62,970 nucleotides of DNA, filler included, from Octopus bimaculoides (GCF_001194135.2; 4 parts of 4 records of this genome joined end to end with filler, not necessarily neighbours in it), one strand, 5' to 3'; positions 12,536 to 25,749 are shown, numbered from the whole stretch's first letter. The notes: generated by a model not told the origin, from the sequence alone. Program-made: numbers and translations.

Positions 12536-13226
12536 CCGCAACAAATCAAAAATTATGTGCATTAATGAAGAAAACAGTGAACGTATTAAACTAGAAACCG
12601 GTGAACTAGAGGATGTAGCCGAGTTTACGTATTTAGGTAGTAAGACAACGTTCTCAGGCGGCACCGACGAGGATATTAAGACGAGAATAAGTAAGGCAAG
12701 GACCGCTTTCCGCCTGTTAAAAAAAGTATGGAGCGCAAGTGTAATTTCAATAAAGAACAAAATAAGAATTTTTAACACTAACGTAAAAGCGGTGTTATTG
12801 TATGGGGCTGAGACATGGCGAACAACAGTTAAGTCAAATAAGCAAATACAATCATTTATCAACAGGTGCTTGCGTAGTATACTTAAAATCAGATGGCCCG
12901 AACACATAAGCAATATGGAGCTATGGCAAAGAACGAATCAAGTTTCAATTAGGGAGCAAATATTTAAGAAAAAGTGGAAGTGGATTGGTAGCACAATTAG
13001 AAAGGACACACCAAATGTAGCGAAAAGTGCTTTACAATGGAATCCGGATGGATATAGAAAGAGGGGTAGGCCTAAGAACTCGTGGCGTAGATCAACACAA
13101 AAGGAACTAGAGAAAGGGGGACGTTCATGGCAGAGTATAAGTACAGAAGCGAAAAATTATGCGACATGGAATTCAATTATAAGTGGCCTATACTCCGCGT
13201 TGGAGGGTTAAAGGCAAGAAAGAAAG
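12536..13226 (+). mobile_element. 5'-truncated RTE-clade LINE inserted in Gypsy pol
   Basis: 225 stop-free codons (KSKIM...FTYLGS...RISKARTAF...VLLYGAETW...RKRGRPKNSW), then TAA, AGGC and (AAGA)n; Gypsy resumes at (R)LGH. Confidence 0.92.
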
Positions 13227-14461
13227 AGGTTAGGCCATGAAGATTGTTTATCAAGGCTAATTCCCCAAAATACGGAACTATTGGAAGATATCGTGATTGC
13301 CGCGTTGCGAGCGGAAAATGAAAAAACATTTTGTGTAACGTCATTCGGGAGCTCCCAGTAACGTTTCAAGATATAAAATTAAAATTGGAGAATGACCAAT
13401 TCATTGCAAAAATGAAAGAGACGTTAGAGGTAAAAGAAAACAAAAATATACGCAACACAAATGCGAACCATTTTTCTCTGTGTAATAATGTGCTGATGTA
13501 TGCACGAAAAGTTGTAGTGCCAGCCGCACTACAAAAACGTGTAGGGACGCACAGAGATTTCAAGAATGAAATCAGTTATGAGGAGTTACGTGTATTGGCC
13601 TACTAAGGACCGTGATATTGACCAATTGGTGAAATCCTGCAGAGGTTGTGCTCTCGCAGCAAAGTCACCACCGGTAAAATTCCAACCATGGACCGTAATC
13701 GGTGCGTATTATCCGATCATAGTAAACAGCTATATCAAGTGGTCGGAGATATGTAAATGCAGTCAATCAACCTCGAAGGTTACAATAAGGTTACTTTACG
13801 AACTTTTTGTGCGATACGGTGTCCCGGACACCATAGTGTCGGATAACGGAACGCAGTTTTCGGGGTACGAATTAAAAAATTTCTATGGGAGGTATGCAAT
13901 CAATTACGTCTCTACTCCTCCGTAGCACTCGAGATCAAATGGGCAAACAGAAAGGTTCATAGACACATTTAAGCGAGTACTAAAAAAATCAGCAAATGAA
14001 TCAGGCAATGATGCAGCAGTAACTCAATTATTAAGGGTTTGCAGGGTAACCCTAACCCGAACATCTGTTCAGGCAAGTCACCCGAAGTCGCCCGCAGAAT
14101 GTGAGAAATAAAGTTCATTTCAAAATATATAAGAATGGAGAACAAGGTTAGGAGGACGGTTTAGTGACAAAAAGAATAGGCAGTACATGATAAAAGGTCA
14201 AATAGGAGAGCACAAATGACATTTGAAACATTTAAAGACTAGACATACCGAAGAAAGAGAAGAAATACCAATGGAACCGAATCAACAATAGAAATCGGAA
14301 ACAAACAGAATGACTAGAAATAGTCCCTAAGCGAAAGAAGTATTAAAACTTCTGAGGAAATTAAAATCTCAAAAAGGGGAGAGGTGATGATGAAAAAGAA
14401 AAGAATAAAATTAAATAAACAAGTTGTACTTCCGACAGATATCAAATCTCAAAAGGGGAGA

Positions 14462-14757
14462 TGTTGCGGTGAGAATCATGACATCCCCTGTGAGAATGTG
14501 CTGGTTGAACTCGTATAAGTTCCAGCGAGTTTGATTGAGAGCGAGAGATGAGAAACTGCAGGAAGTCGAAAGGTGTCGTTCGTGAGTTCCTGGAGTCGCA
14601 GGAAATTGCTGAGTTGTTATAGTTCATTCAGAGTTGTTTTGGATTGGTTACAGTTGTTGGCAGAATAGTTAGGAATACATCAAATGGAGACTGTTTGTAT
14701 CTACCTTCTCCCGTGGTACTATATATCACACTATTAATGCACGACACTAAGGTGACA
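14462..14757 (+). repeat. Gypsy 3' LTR (approximate)
   Basis: Follows PPT AAAAGGGGAGA, begins TGTTG and ends GTGACA. Confidence 0.6.
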
Positions 14758-15169
14758 AATACAGAAACCACGTTAAAAATATACTTAGCCACATCCAGTG
14801 TGAGCATAAAAACTATGCATGCATGTGTGGATGTATAAATATGTGTTTGTTGTAATACTAGAATAAGTGTGAACTCAAATAGTCGTAAACGCGCTGGCGA
14901 ATATATGTGCGTTTATGCCCTTGTGTATACGTATATATGTGTATGTGTGTCTGTTTGAGTGTGTGCATGTATAAGACCGTGTGTATGTATATGTGGACGT
15001 ATATGCTTATATATATATCTATTGATGTATATAAATATCAATAGGTATGTGTGTGTATGTGAATCGGGGCACGTATGTGTATAAATAGGTGTGTGTATGT
15101 GTACATATAGGTGTATGTTGAGATACAACTGTGTGCCATGTGTTATGACCTTATCACCCTCCGGATTGG

Positions 15170-17468
15170 TATCTAGCCCTACGGCATCACGCTACAAAGA
15201 ACGGGTAACTATCAAAAGATTTATTACCGGCAGCTTGTCAACAAATACGGGACAGCAGGTGCGTACATGACTAACAGCGGGATAAGTACTGACACGCTTA
15301 ACTGCGTGTTTTATTTTACTTTATTGTAAAGTAAACACACGCACGATATATTCGTTCTTCACTCGTTTATTACTGTTTTTATTCTGACTCATGTCCATTG
15401 TCAGGAAATCTTTCGTCGCACATCTGTGACCTATTCAGCGACACCTTTTGTCTTTGTGTGTGTTCTTGCTCCGCTTTTTTATTCTGTTCTATGATGTATA
15501 TCATGTGTATCCTTATATGCGCATGTATTTTCGTCTGTTCTTGTGTGTTTGTACGTGTGTGTGTGTGTGTGTGTATGTGTGTGTACATGTGTGTGTGTAT
15601 GTGTGTGTGTGTCGTTATTCTTAGTAGCGCTATGACCCTCCCCTCAGCCCCGTCCCCAACCCCGATGCTGCTGCCATTGAACTCGACATTTGGTACCGGT
15701 CCTGTATTTCTTTGTGTTTGTGTGTTCGCACACGCTGCTCACATCGTGGTAGTTGTTGTTGTTACTTCTGCTGCTGTTGTCGTTGTTGATACTGTTGCGG
15801 CCGTCTGTGAAGGTACTGTATGTGTATGTATATGGATTCGGTTCCTATGTTGTTTGTATCCGTGCCCTTTATACAATTTTTTTTATCTATCTCTATTATA
15901 TTTATCATGGGTATGTGCATTTTTGTCTATTGTGTGTGTATTACACTGTGTCTGTTTTCTTTCTTCCTCCAGTCTTCAGTCGTTATGTTGTGTGGTGTGG
16001 TGGTTGGTGTCATTGTCCCATTCGTGTTTTCTGTTGAGGCTCGGTCTGTCTATTGCTATGTGTAAGTCTCTGTGATCTGTCTAAGTGTTGTGTTAGTTCT
16101 ATGCGTTGATAATACCTTAACCTCTATGCTATTTTACCAAGTTTCTATGTTCTACTTGAGCAGGTTGGTAGAGCACTGACAAGCCTTTCTCTTCTTTGAA
16201 CTCTCACCATTGTTCATCTATACGCTCCCCTATGCTGCGTGCTGCCTCTGCAATGTAAGTAGTTGTGTTTCTGCACCGCACCTCAGTACATCGTAAGCTA
16301 TACACTATATTCCTAACCTTACAGTTAACCTGCCGGTTCATCCGACATATAATACAATTGTCATACATATATGGGGGCCTATCGAAGGGATAAGTTCTGC
16401 AGATTAGCGATTTTATGGGTGCACCAGGCTTTTCTATTACTTTAAACCTTATCTAATGTTCTTTTTTTCTGAAAATGTATGCTAGTTCGCCGCCAGGGGT
16501 AGTAGCATCAACGAACATGACCTTCTGGTATCTTTTGTTGTCATACCATGAGTTGGCCTGGTCTATCTTTTTTCTGGTCCTTTCTGTGCTATTTCAGGAT
16601 TTACTCCCTTATAGAAGGTAGATCCCCTTTGCATCACTCTCTATGATGGCTATGTACTTAGCCCTGACTCCTTTATACACTCCAATCCAGTCCCTTTGGG
16701 TGTAGAACTGCATGCGGTGGATGAAGTGTTGTACGTGTCTTTCTAATTCCATAGGGTCGCACATGCGAGACACGTTCTTCATCACTCTCACCAAGTCTGC
16801 TCTAAGAATATTGAACTTGGCGTTGTCCGCAATAGCTGTGTTCTTGTAGACAAGGTATTTAAAGGACATTGGTTTGGCATAATAGGAGTGGAGGATCTGG
16901 ACCTTACTGTTCTTGGTTTCCAGCCAAAGTCCCGTGACTACTAGCTTATATAGTTGGAGTGCTTGTTAGGGTAGTCTATTGTTACTTTAATACTCTGGTG
17001 GATGGAGTTAGCTATTTGCTGGATGCTTGCCATAGTGTTAGCTTCTAGATCATCAACATTGTGTTGTAGGGGTGCTTTGGCTACTATGTTGATATCATCC
17101 ACATAGCAGGAGTACATGGTTAGGGTTTTGGAGTTCTCTACTAATTACTCTTTGAGTCTCCTATCCCAGCATACCATAAATAGGTTTGTCACATCACCAC
17201 CGATACTGACAAGGATAGCTGCACTTTCCTCTTGGGTGTATATCTTGTTATTAAGCTTAAATATGTGACTCTTGAGTGTGATCTTGGTACTCGCTCCCAC
17301 AGCATGTGCGACCATCTTTTTAATCTGATCATCGTATTCGGGGGTCCGTATAGCTCTGGTCCACCCGTTCTATCTCTCTCTAGGAGTCTTCGTAGCCATA
17401 GAAGTTATAGTAGGCGATCTACTTCGTACCGATCTAGTGGGGTAGAAACAACCAAGGTCATGTTTATC
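15170..17468 (-). mobile_element. Penelope-like element (RT + GIY-YIG + 3' terminal region), decayed
   Basis: Minus-strand RT remnants; GIY-YIG-like IVYSLRCTEVRCRNTTTYIAEAARSIGER; homologous to the copy at 23275-25640. Confidence 0.85.
15400..15441 (-). ncRNA. Degenerate minimal hammerhead ribozyme motif (G8 mutated)
   Basis: CTGAATA-G-GTCACA-GATG-TGCGAC-GAAA-GATT-T-C. Confidence 0.55.
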
Positions 17469-17469
17469 T

Positions 17470-17790
17470 AAGTACTAATTGTCTCCGGATGTGTGTGACA
17501 GCACAGAAGACCTCCTCAGCAGAATCAATGAAAGCAATGATGCCTACGACCTGACGGGATACATAATAGGCAGTATAGACATAATATCCTTATACCCATT
17601 AATTTATGCTGATTTTGCTGTGAATAAATGTGTGGAGGTGATCAGTGAGAGCGACGTGGAGTTTCGTGGGGTCGACACAGAAGAACTGGGCCTCCTCATG
17701 GGACTGACATGTAACAATGATTACTCAGATACATATGACCTTAGTTGTTTCTTCCCCACGAGATTGGTAAGAATAGACCCTTACTACAAG
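17470..17790 (+). mobile_element. Inverted RT segment of the same PLE family
   Basis: SPDVCDSTEDLLSRINE...GSIDIISLYP...DLSCFFPTR matches 23851-24170 and lies opposite to the adjacent minus-strand body. Confidence 0.85.
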
Positions 17791-17899
17791 TTATTTAAAG
17801 GGCACGGATATAAACAACATAGGAAGAGAACGCACGCAAACACACAAACATATACACACGTACACACATACACACACACACACACACACGCATATATAT

Positions 17900-18070
17900 A
17901 TACACATATATACGACGGGGTTCTTTCAGTTTCTGTCTACCAAATATACTCACAAGGCTTTGGTCGGCCCGAGGTTATAGTAGAAGACACTTGCCCAAGT
18001 TGCCATGCAGTGGGACTGAACCCGGAACCATGTGGTTCGTAAGCAAGCTACTTACCACACAGTCACTCCT
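17900..18070 (-). mobile_element. SINE family B, 5' half
   Basis: Matches the family B copies. Confidence 0.8.
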
Positions 18071-18199
18071 ATATATATGCATGTATATACAGATATAGAT
18101 ATATAAAGCAGACGTTGAAGGATATATATATATTTTATATATATATAATACAAAGAATATATATACATGTATACACACATATANNNNNNNNNNACACAC

Positions 18200-18500
18200 A
18201 CACACAGAGCCAGAGTAACTTCACAGGCGACCGCAAGAGTATCGCTAACACGACCAACAACAACAGCAACAACTACCACAATGGCACACAAACACAGAGA
18301 AATACAGGAACAGTACCAAAAGTAGGGTCCACGGGCAGCAAGAGCACACACGAAGACGGAGAGTATCGCTAAAGAGGTCAAAGACTTGTGATGAAAGATT
18401 TCAGGAATTAGAACACTAATAAACAAGTGAAGAACGAACATGTAGTGCGTGTGTTTACTTGGCAAAAAAAAAAAAGATGACCATCCCGAAATACAATGTA
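18200..18500 (+). mobile_element. PLE terminal (pLTR-like) segment with degenerate hammerhead at 18369-18402
   Basis: Homologous to the reverse complement of ~15300-15730 (ACACAAACAC..AGAAATACAGGA) and to 26560-26670. Confidence 0.65.
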
Positions 18501-19489
18501 TATATATATATATATNNNNNNNNNNNNNNNNNNNNNNNNNNNNNNNNNNNNNNNNNNNNNNNNNNNNNNNNNNNNNNNNNNNNNNNNNNNNNNNNNNNNN
18601 NNNNNNNNNNNNNNNNNNNNNNNNNNNNNNNNNNNNNNNNNNNNNNNNNNNNNNNNNNNNNNNNNNNNNNNNNNNNNNNNNNNNNNNNNNNNNNNNNNNN
18701 NNNNNNNNNNNNNNNNNNNNNNNNNNNNNNNNNNNNNNNNNNNNNNNNNNNNNNNNNNNNNNNNNNNNNNNNNNNNNNNNNNNNNNNNNNNNNNNNNNNN
18801 NNNNNNNNNNNNNNNNNNNNNNNNNNNNNNNNNNNNNNNNNNNNNNNNNNNNNNNNNNNNNNNNNNNNNNNNNNNNNNNNNNNNNNNNNNNNNNNNNNNN
18901 NNNNNNNNNNNNNNNNNNNNNNNNNNNNNNNNNNNNNNNNNNNNNNNNNNNNNNNNNNNNNNNNNNNNNNNNNNNNNNNNNNNNNNNNNNNNNNNNNNNN
19001 NNNNNNNNNNNNNNNNNNNNNNNNNNNNNNNNNNNNNNNNNNNNNNNNNNNNNNNNNNNNNNNNNNNNNNNNNNNNNNNNNNNNNNNNNNNNNNNNNNNN
19101 NNNNNNNNNNNNNNNNNNNNNNNNNNNNNNNNNNNNNNNNNNNNNNNNNNNNNNNNNNNNNNNNNNNNNNNNNNNNNNNNNNNNNNNNNNNNNNNNNNNN
19201 NNNNNNNNNNNNNNNNNNNNNNNNNNNNNNNNNNNNNNNNNNNNNNNNNNNNNNNNNNNNNNNNNNNNNNNNNNNNNNNNNNNNNNNNNNNNNNNNNNNN
19301 NNNNNNNNNNNNNNNNNNNNNNNNNNNNNNNNNNNNNNNNNNNNNNNNNNNNNNNNNNNNNNNNNNNNNNNNNNNNNNNNNNNNNNNNNNNNNNNNNNNN
19401 NNNNNNNNNNNNNNNNNNNNNNNNNNNNNNNNNAAAAAAAAAAAAGATGACCATCCCGAAATACAATGTATATATATATATATTCTGCA

Positions 19490-19700
19490 AATCGACCCCA
19501 GCACTTATTCTTTGTAAGCCTAGTACTTATTCTATCGGTGTCTTTTGCCGAACCGCTAAGTTACGGGGACGTAAACACACCAGCATCAGTTGTCAAGTGA
19601 TGTTGGGGGGAACAAACACAGACACACAGACATATATACACACATACATATACATATATATACATATATATACATATATACAACAGGCTTCTTTCAGTTT
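19490..19700 (-). mobile_element. SINE family B, 3' half
   Basis: Matches the family B copies. Confidence 0.75.
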
Positions 19701-19709
19701 CCTATAAAT

Positions 19710-20450
19710 CACAGATCCAATACTATTAGAATACTCTATGAACTTGGCATGACGAAGGTTTCTGCTGGGTGGGTATCACGTCTTCGATCACCTGATCTCT
19801 CCAGGCAAACCAGGCTGATCCCACCACACAAAAATCTGACATTGTTTCAGGTAAATCTATTTGGTTTACTTGAACGTTTCTTAACCCAGGATGAGTGTTA
19901 GGTTCATCACTTTGAGTCAGAGATAAAGAGACAATCCATGTAGTGGAAACACAGCTTCTCACCTGCTCCAAAATAGGTCATGGTTGTTTCACCAGTAAGA
20001 AAGGTGATGGCCTCATTTTTGGGGGGTGAAAAAGGCATTGTGCTTATTGACTATCTTCAAAAGGGTCACACCGTCAAGGGAGAGTACTATGCCAACTTGC
20101 TGAGGTATTTACGAAATGCTTTTAAGAAAAACGCTCAGGAAAACTGACAAAAGGGGTTTTGCTGCAACAGAAAAATGCTCCATTACATAAATCCTTGTTT
20201 TCAATGGTTGCTGTGCGTGACTGTAGCTTGGAACTGGTTGATTAGCCTCCCTATTCTCCTGATTTGGCCCCAACTGACTATCATCTCTTTCCCAAGATGA
20301 AAAGACATTTGGCTGATAACCAGTATCGCAGTGATGATGACGTCATAACTACTGTTGATGACATTTTTCACCAAGAAAATGATAGCTTCTTCACCAGTGG
20401 GCTTCAAGCATTGCAACGCTGATGAAAGAAGTACGTGGACCTCAAGTATG
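19710..20450 (+). pseudogene. Mariner transposase pseudogene (D,D34D type)
   Basis: ELGMTKVSAGWVSR, LTQDEC, IVLIDYLQKGHTV, PPYSPDLAPTDYHLF; stops and frameshifts. Confidence 0.88.
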
Positions 20451-20667
20451 TGGACATTCTGTCAGAGATTGTCATTGTCTTTAGGGAAATGAATTTCAAT
20501 TACAGTCCCAGTTTACAACAGCAGTCCATTACTCGAAGATCCTAGCCACTTAGGCCCAGGACATGAAATTCTTAGTAACAGAATAATGTAAACTGTAAAT
20601 ATATCCAATATTTAATATAATCTGTATTATAATTAATTAATAACATAAGCAATATCATAACATAGTT

Positions 20668-21050
20668 ATTGTTGTTGTCGGCACTCCATCGCTTACGACG
20701 TCGAGGGTTCCAGTTGATCCGGAACAGTCTGCTCGTGAAATTAACGTGCGAGTGGCTGAACACTCCACAGACACGTGTACCCTTAACGTAGTTCTCGGGG
20801 ATATTCAGCGTAACACGGTGTGACAAGGCTGACCCTTTGAATTACAGGCACAATAGAAACAGGAAGAAAGAGTGAGAGAAAGTTGTGGTGAAAGAGTACA
20901 GCAGGGTTCGCCACCATCCCCTGCCGGAGCCTTGTAGAGCTTCTTAGGTGTTTTCGCTCAATAAACACTCACAACGCCCGGGCTGGGAATCGAAACCGCG
21001 ATCCTATGACTGCGAGTCCGCTGCCTTAAATACTGGGCCATTGCGCCTCC
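20668..21050 (-). mobile_element. tRNA-derived SINE (family A here), full length, 11-bp TSD TAACATAGTTA
   Basis: A/B-box head, (CAA)n tail and the TSD on both flanks. Confidence 0.88.
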
Positions 21051-21079
21051 ACTAACATAGTTAATATAACAATATAACT

Positions 21080-21290
21080 GATACTGGTTTCAAGTTTTGA
21101 CACTAGGTCAGCAAGTTTGGAAGCGGGAGATAGTTGATTACGTGTACCCCAATATCTGCTACTTACTTTATCGGCCTCAAAAAGATGAAAGGCATAGTCG
21201 ACCCTGGCAGCATTTGAACTCAGAACATAAAGTCGGAAGAAATGCTGCTAAGCATTTTTTTCGGCGCAGTAACCATCTGCCAGGTTCCCA
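21080..21290 (-). mobile_element. SINE family C, degenerate
   Basis: GATGAAAGGCA.AGTCGACC and ATTTGAACTCAGAAC motifs shared with 36592-36830. Confidence 0.6.
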
Positions 21291-22161
21291 CCTTAATAAC
21301 TAATATTAAGAGACAGTATAACTAACATTAAAATATAGTATATAACCTACATATTTAATATTCTCTTTATCAAATTCTCTTTTACGTGGTTGATCATTTG
21401 ATTCATTCAACCAACTGAGCTATCAACTGATCTACCAACTCATTGAATTAAATCTTAATGACAGAGGCATGTCACTTTTACATAATATCTAGGCTGTGTT
21501 TGTGTGACTCAATAAGTGATAGGGCTGGACCTTTGATTTACAGGTTCAATCCATTACAGAGTTTGTGTACCGAATTTCATTTCAAGGTTTGTGTGGAACC
21601 GAAGTTTTATACACCCACCCACACATATGACTTTTCTTCATTCTTCTGCATAAAAGATTATTTCTTGGGAAATAAACCAACGATACAATGACCTAAATCT
21701 GATCTGGAAAGTGATAAAAAAGTCTTTAGTGACAAACAGGGCTAAAATGTAATTGATATGGCATCATAGAAGAAAAAATATACTGAATACGACTACGCAC
21801 TTTAGAGACAGTTCTATTAACTATGTAAAACTGAAATGAGAGGTAAAGAAAGTAAAACTCATAGATATTTATAATCCCTGCAAATATTTAACTTGCAACT
21901 GAATTTGTTTATCTAAGGCTGTTCTCGTTAGCTGCGAAAGTAGGTGTGAAATAATTACAATATTTACAAGAATAATTCCATATAATAACCAGTATAAAAG
22001 TAGCTGGAATTTAAAGTCAGAAAGTCAGAAAACAATTTTTATAAAAATTCTTCTTTTTTAATTTTATCAGTTCTGTACTAGATAAAAATTTAGAGATCAT
22101 CAGATATGCCTTGTTTTACATTATTTATCAAGAATAAATTTAATTATATTTCAAAAATACA

Positions 22162-23270
22162 TACGAGGTGGTATCAAAAAGTTCCCGGACTAGTTCTGAA
22201 GCGCGCCAACAGATGGCAGCACACGATTGCGTGCGCAGTGACCTTCATGAGGCAGTGTGTCGAGTGACATTGCTGTGTTTATTTCGCAAGTTGGGAAATT
22301 TGTGTTTTTATGATTACGTGTATACTGTAGTTTGCGATTTTGCCATGTGCAAGAAGCTAGGCTACAGAGCCAACGTGAAATTTTGCTTTAAACTTGGAAA
22401 CATTGCTAAAGATGCATTGAGCATGCTTCGGCAAACTCGCAGCGACGAGGCAATTGGTCGCGCACAATGTTTCGAGTGGTACAAGCCCTTCAAAAGCAGA
22501 AGAACGATCCAGGAAGACGATGATCGATCTGGAAGACCTGCCACGAACATCACCCCCAAAAATGTAGAGAAAATTCATCAGCATGAAGATCGTCGGAAGA
22601 CAATCAACGACATTGCCGATGTTATTGGTATGTCATATGAGTTCGTGCAGGCATCTTAACATCCGAATTGAATATGCAGCGTGTCTCTGCCAAGTTTGTC
22701 TTGTGCCAGCTGATCACTGAGCAGAAAGAACATTGCGTCAAAGTCTGTCAAAATCTCCATCAGTATGCTGCTGATGACCCATCCTTCATGTCAAAAATCA
22801 TCACCGGTGACGAGAGTTGGGTTTACGGGTACGACCCTGAGACAAAGTAACAGTTGTCACAATGGAAGGAGCCTTCATCTCCACGACCGAAGAAGGCATA
22901 ACAGAGCCGTAGCTCAATCAAGGGCATGCTCATCGTTCTTTTTTTCTGACATCCGCGATATTGTGCATCGAGAATTCGTCCCTCAAAGCCAGACTGTCAA
23001 TCGAGAGTTCTACTGCGACGTTTTGAAGCGTTCGAGGGAGGACATTTGGCAAAAGCAACCGTATCTAGGGGGCGCAAAGGATTGGATTCTTCACAACGAC
23101 AATGCACCCTGTCACCAAACTCTCCTCACGTGTGAGTTTCTCGCCAAAAACAACATGTTATCGCTTCCGCACTCACCCTATTCACTAGATGTAGCATCTG
23201 CGGACTTCCATCTCTTTCCCAATATGAAAATGCAGCCCAAAGGGGGCCATTTTAACACTGTTGTCGAGAT
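22162..23270 (+). mobile_element. Mariner element (left TIR + decayed transposase), 3'-truncated at a PLE
   Basis: TA + CGAGGTGGTATCAAAAAGTTCCCGGACT; RANVKFCFKLG, IITGDESWVYGYDPETK, HNDNAPCH, YSLDVASADFHLF. Confidence 0.9.
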
Positions 23271-23274
23271 CCTT

Positions 23275-25640
23275 GACACTCAGTTCTTCAACATATGTGA
23301 CCAATCTTACAACATGAGCCGTATTTACCCTTTAACAAGAGGGTCTGCATCCAAAGACATACTAATGACCACATGGAAGCACAATTCACTATGACAAAAC
23401 TTAGATTTTAGAACTATACACTAAGAGACAGAATAAGACAGAGGCCCAACAACTCGGGAATATACCCATGAGTGGCCTACGTAAGCTCATTCAGCACACG
23501 AGAGGTGGTATGCCTCCCCACAGGTATGTCCGGCAGTATGTCGATAGACAGCTTGCTGAACTACATCCAGGCAATGCAACCTCACATCGTCAATATGAAA
23601 GTAACAACTTTACAGGCGCATGAGAAGAGAGAAAAGGCCTTCAACGCCCACATGATGATGTGGACAATTGTTCTTGGACCTCAAAAACGCACGACCAACA
23701 ATTTCCAAGCCTGGAACAACGATATTCAGACGCTGTATGAACTTCGCAAGGACCACAAAATAAACCACCAATCCAATGGCGGGATCACCAAGAAGACGAG
23801 TCTACTGAGCGAATATCGCTAGCAACTACAGGATCTTCTACTTCCTCTCAATGATCATGCGCCCCATAATCCAGATGTCACCAAATGTTTGTGACAACAC
23901 GGAAGATCTCCTCAGCAGGATAAACGACTGTAACAACACCTGCGACTTGACAGGAGGTATTGTGGGTAGCATGGATATGGTATCCCTATACCCATCCATC
24001 GACGTGGATTTTGCGGTGGAGAAGTGCGTGGAGATGATCAGCGAGAACGAAGTGGAGTTCCGCAGTGTCAACACAGAGGAACTGGGCCTCCTGCTTAGAC
24101 TGACATATGACAATGAATATCTAGACAAATATGACCTTAAAAGTTTTTGCCCCAGTAGACGTTTAAGAGGTAGACCCCCTATAATTACATTTATGGCTAG
24201 GAAGACCCCCTATAGAGAGAGGAAGCGGATAGACTAGAGCCATACGGATCCTCGAAAACCAATATCAAAGTAAATGATCGCACATGCACTAGGAGCTATA
24301 TAAGAGTTACCCTGAAAGATCACACGTTTAAGTTTAACAACAAACTATACACCCAGGATGAGGGGGCGGCCATCAGGTTTAGCATCGCCGGTAATGTGGC
24401 CAATCTTTTCATGGTATGGTGAGACAGGAGGCTTAAAGAATGCCTGACACAGAGCTCCATAGTCATGAACATGTACTCTTGCTATGTCGATGATATCAAA
24501 ATAGCGGTAAAGGCACCCCACAAGAGAGTACTCTTGAAATAGAAATAGATAGCAAATAGATAGAAAATAACTAAATCCATCCACCAGAGTATTTAGGATG
24601 TTTCGTAGGGTAGTATACCGTGATATACTACCCAACAAAACACCTTAAACATAGACTACTAGTACTAGATATAGAACACTGGCTGGAAACTGTGAATAAT
24701 AAAACCCAAATCCTCCATTCACACTATGCCAAACCTATGGCCTCCAAATACCTGATCTACTGGAACTCAGTTATCCCGGAACTTAGCTATCCTGGACAAT
24801 GCCAAATTCAATATATTGATGGCAGACCTCATCAGAGTAATGAGAAATCTGTCCCGCATGTGCGACCCTACAGAGTTAAAGAGACACATACAACACTTCG
24901 TTCACCGCGTGCAGTTCTCAGGATACAGCCATAGAGAAAGTATCAGAGTATATAAAAGAGACATGAGGAAATTTGAAACTATCACACGTAACGATAGGAT
25001 TGGGATTTGCCCACTCTATAGGAGCAAGTCATGGAATACCATTGAAAGGACTAAGAAGAAAATAAGGAGGGCCAACCTATGGTATGATAGTCACAAATAC
25101 CAGAGTGTTATGTTCGTCGACACCAACCCTAGAGGGGCCCTAGACAAACTTAAGCTAAGAATTAAGGTTGTAGAAAGACCAGGTAATCCTATCAAATCCG
25201 TAATCGGTAGAACCTACCCCTTTAGTAGAACCTACCCCTTTAGTAGAACCCTCTGTACTGATAGGAACTGTATTGTATGTAGATTTAGCCCACAAAGAAA
25301 CTGTGAAGCTCGGAATGTAGTCTATAGTATAAGATGTACAGAGGGACGGTGCAGAAACAAGACAACGACGTACGTAGGAGAGACAGGACGAAGCAAAGGA
25401 AAGCGGGTAAATGGGCATTGGAGGGAACTTAAGGAAGAGAAGAGCTCATCGGTCCTAGACCAGCACGCCGAGCGGGAACACAGGGCTCACTCAACAACAT
25501 AGAAGTTAAAATCTTGTTCACACATAGAACAGACGCAACGCTTAGACAAATTAACTACATACATAATAGAAGATAAACTTAGCCTAAATAGAAAAATAGA
25601 ATGGAACACTAGCAACCTCCACCCACCTCACAACCTATGA
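23275..25640 (+). mobile_element. Penelope-like element, near full-length ORF, decayed
   Basis: PTGMSG...ELRKDHK, GSMDMVSLYPSI, CYVDDI, and GIY-YIG VVYSIRC...TYVGETGRS...GH. Confidence 0.9.
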
Positions 25641-25749
25641 CAGAGTAAGATCCCCATAAACGGATAATAATACGAAACTAATACAATACACAGGTAAATA
25701 GATGGAATTAAATAATTATATACATAAAGAAAACAAGATAAAATAAATA

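Larger units (their letters stand above)
10346..14757 (+). mobile_element. Ty3/Gypsy LTR retrotransposon (decayed; 5' LTR not seen)
   Basis: Gag with CFTCQKIGHKSSHC knuckle (~11140-11180), RT/RNase H (NYSQIEKEALAIIFAVKKFH, TDH), integrase (YVYWP, CRGC, VPDTIVSDNGTQF), PPT and 3' LTR. Many frameshifts. Confidence 0.92.

Noticed and set aside
18466-19482. Direct repeat A(n)GATGACCATCCCGAAATACAATGTATA on both sides of a ~900-N gap
   Set aside because: Identical sequence abutting a gap is most likely unmerged contig overlap.
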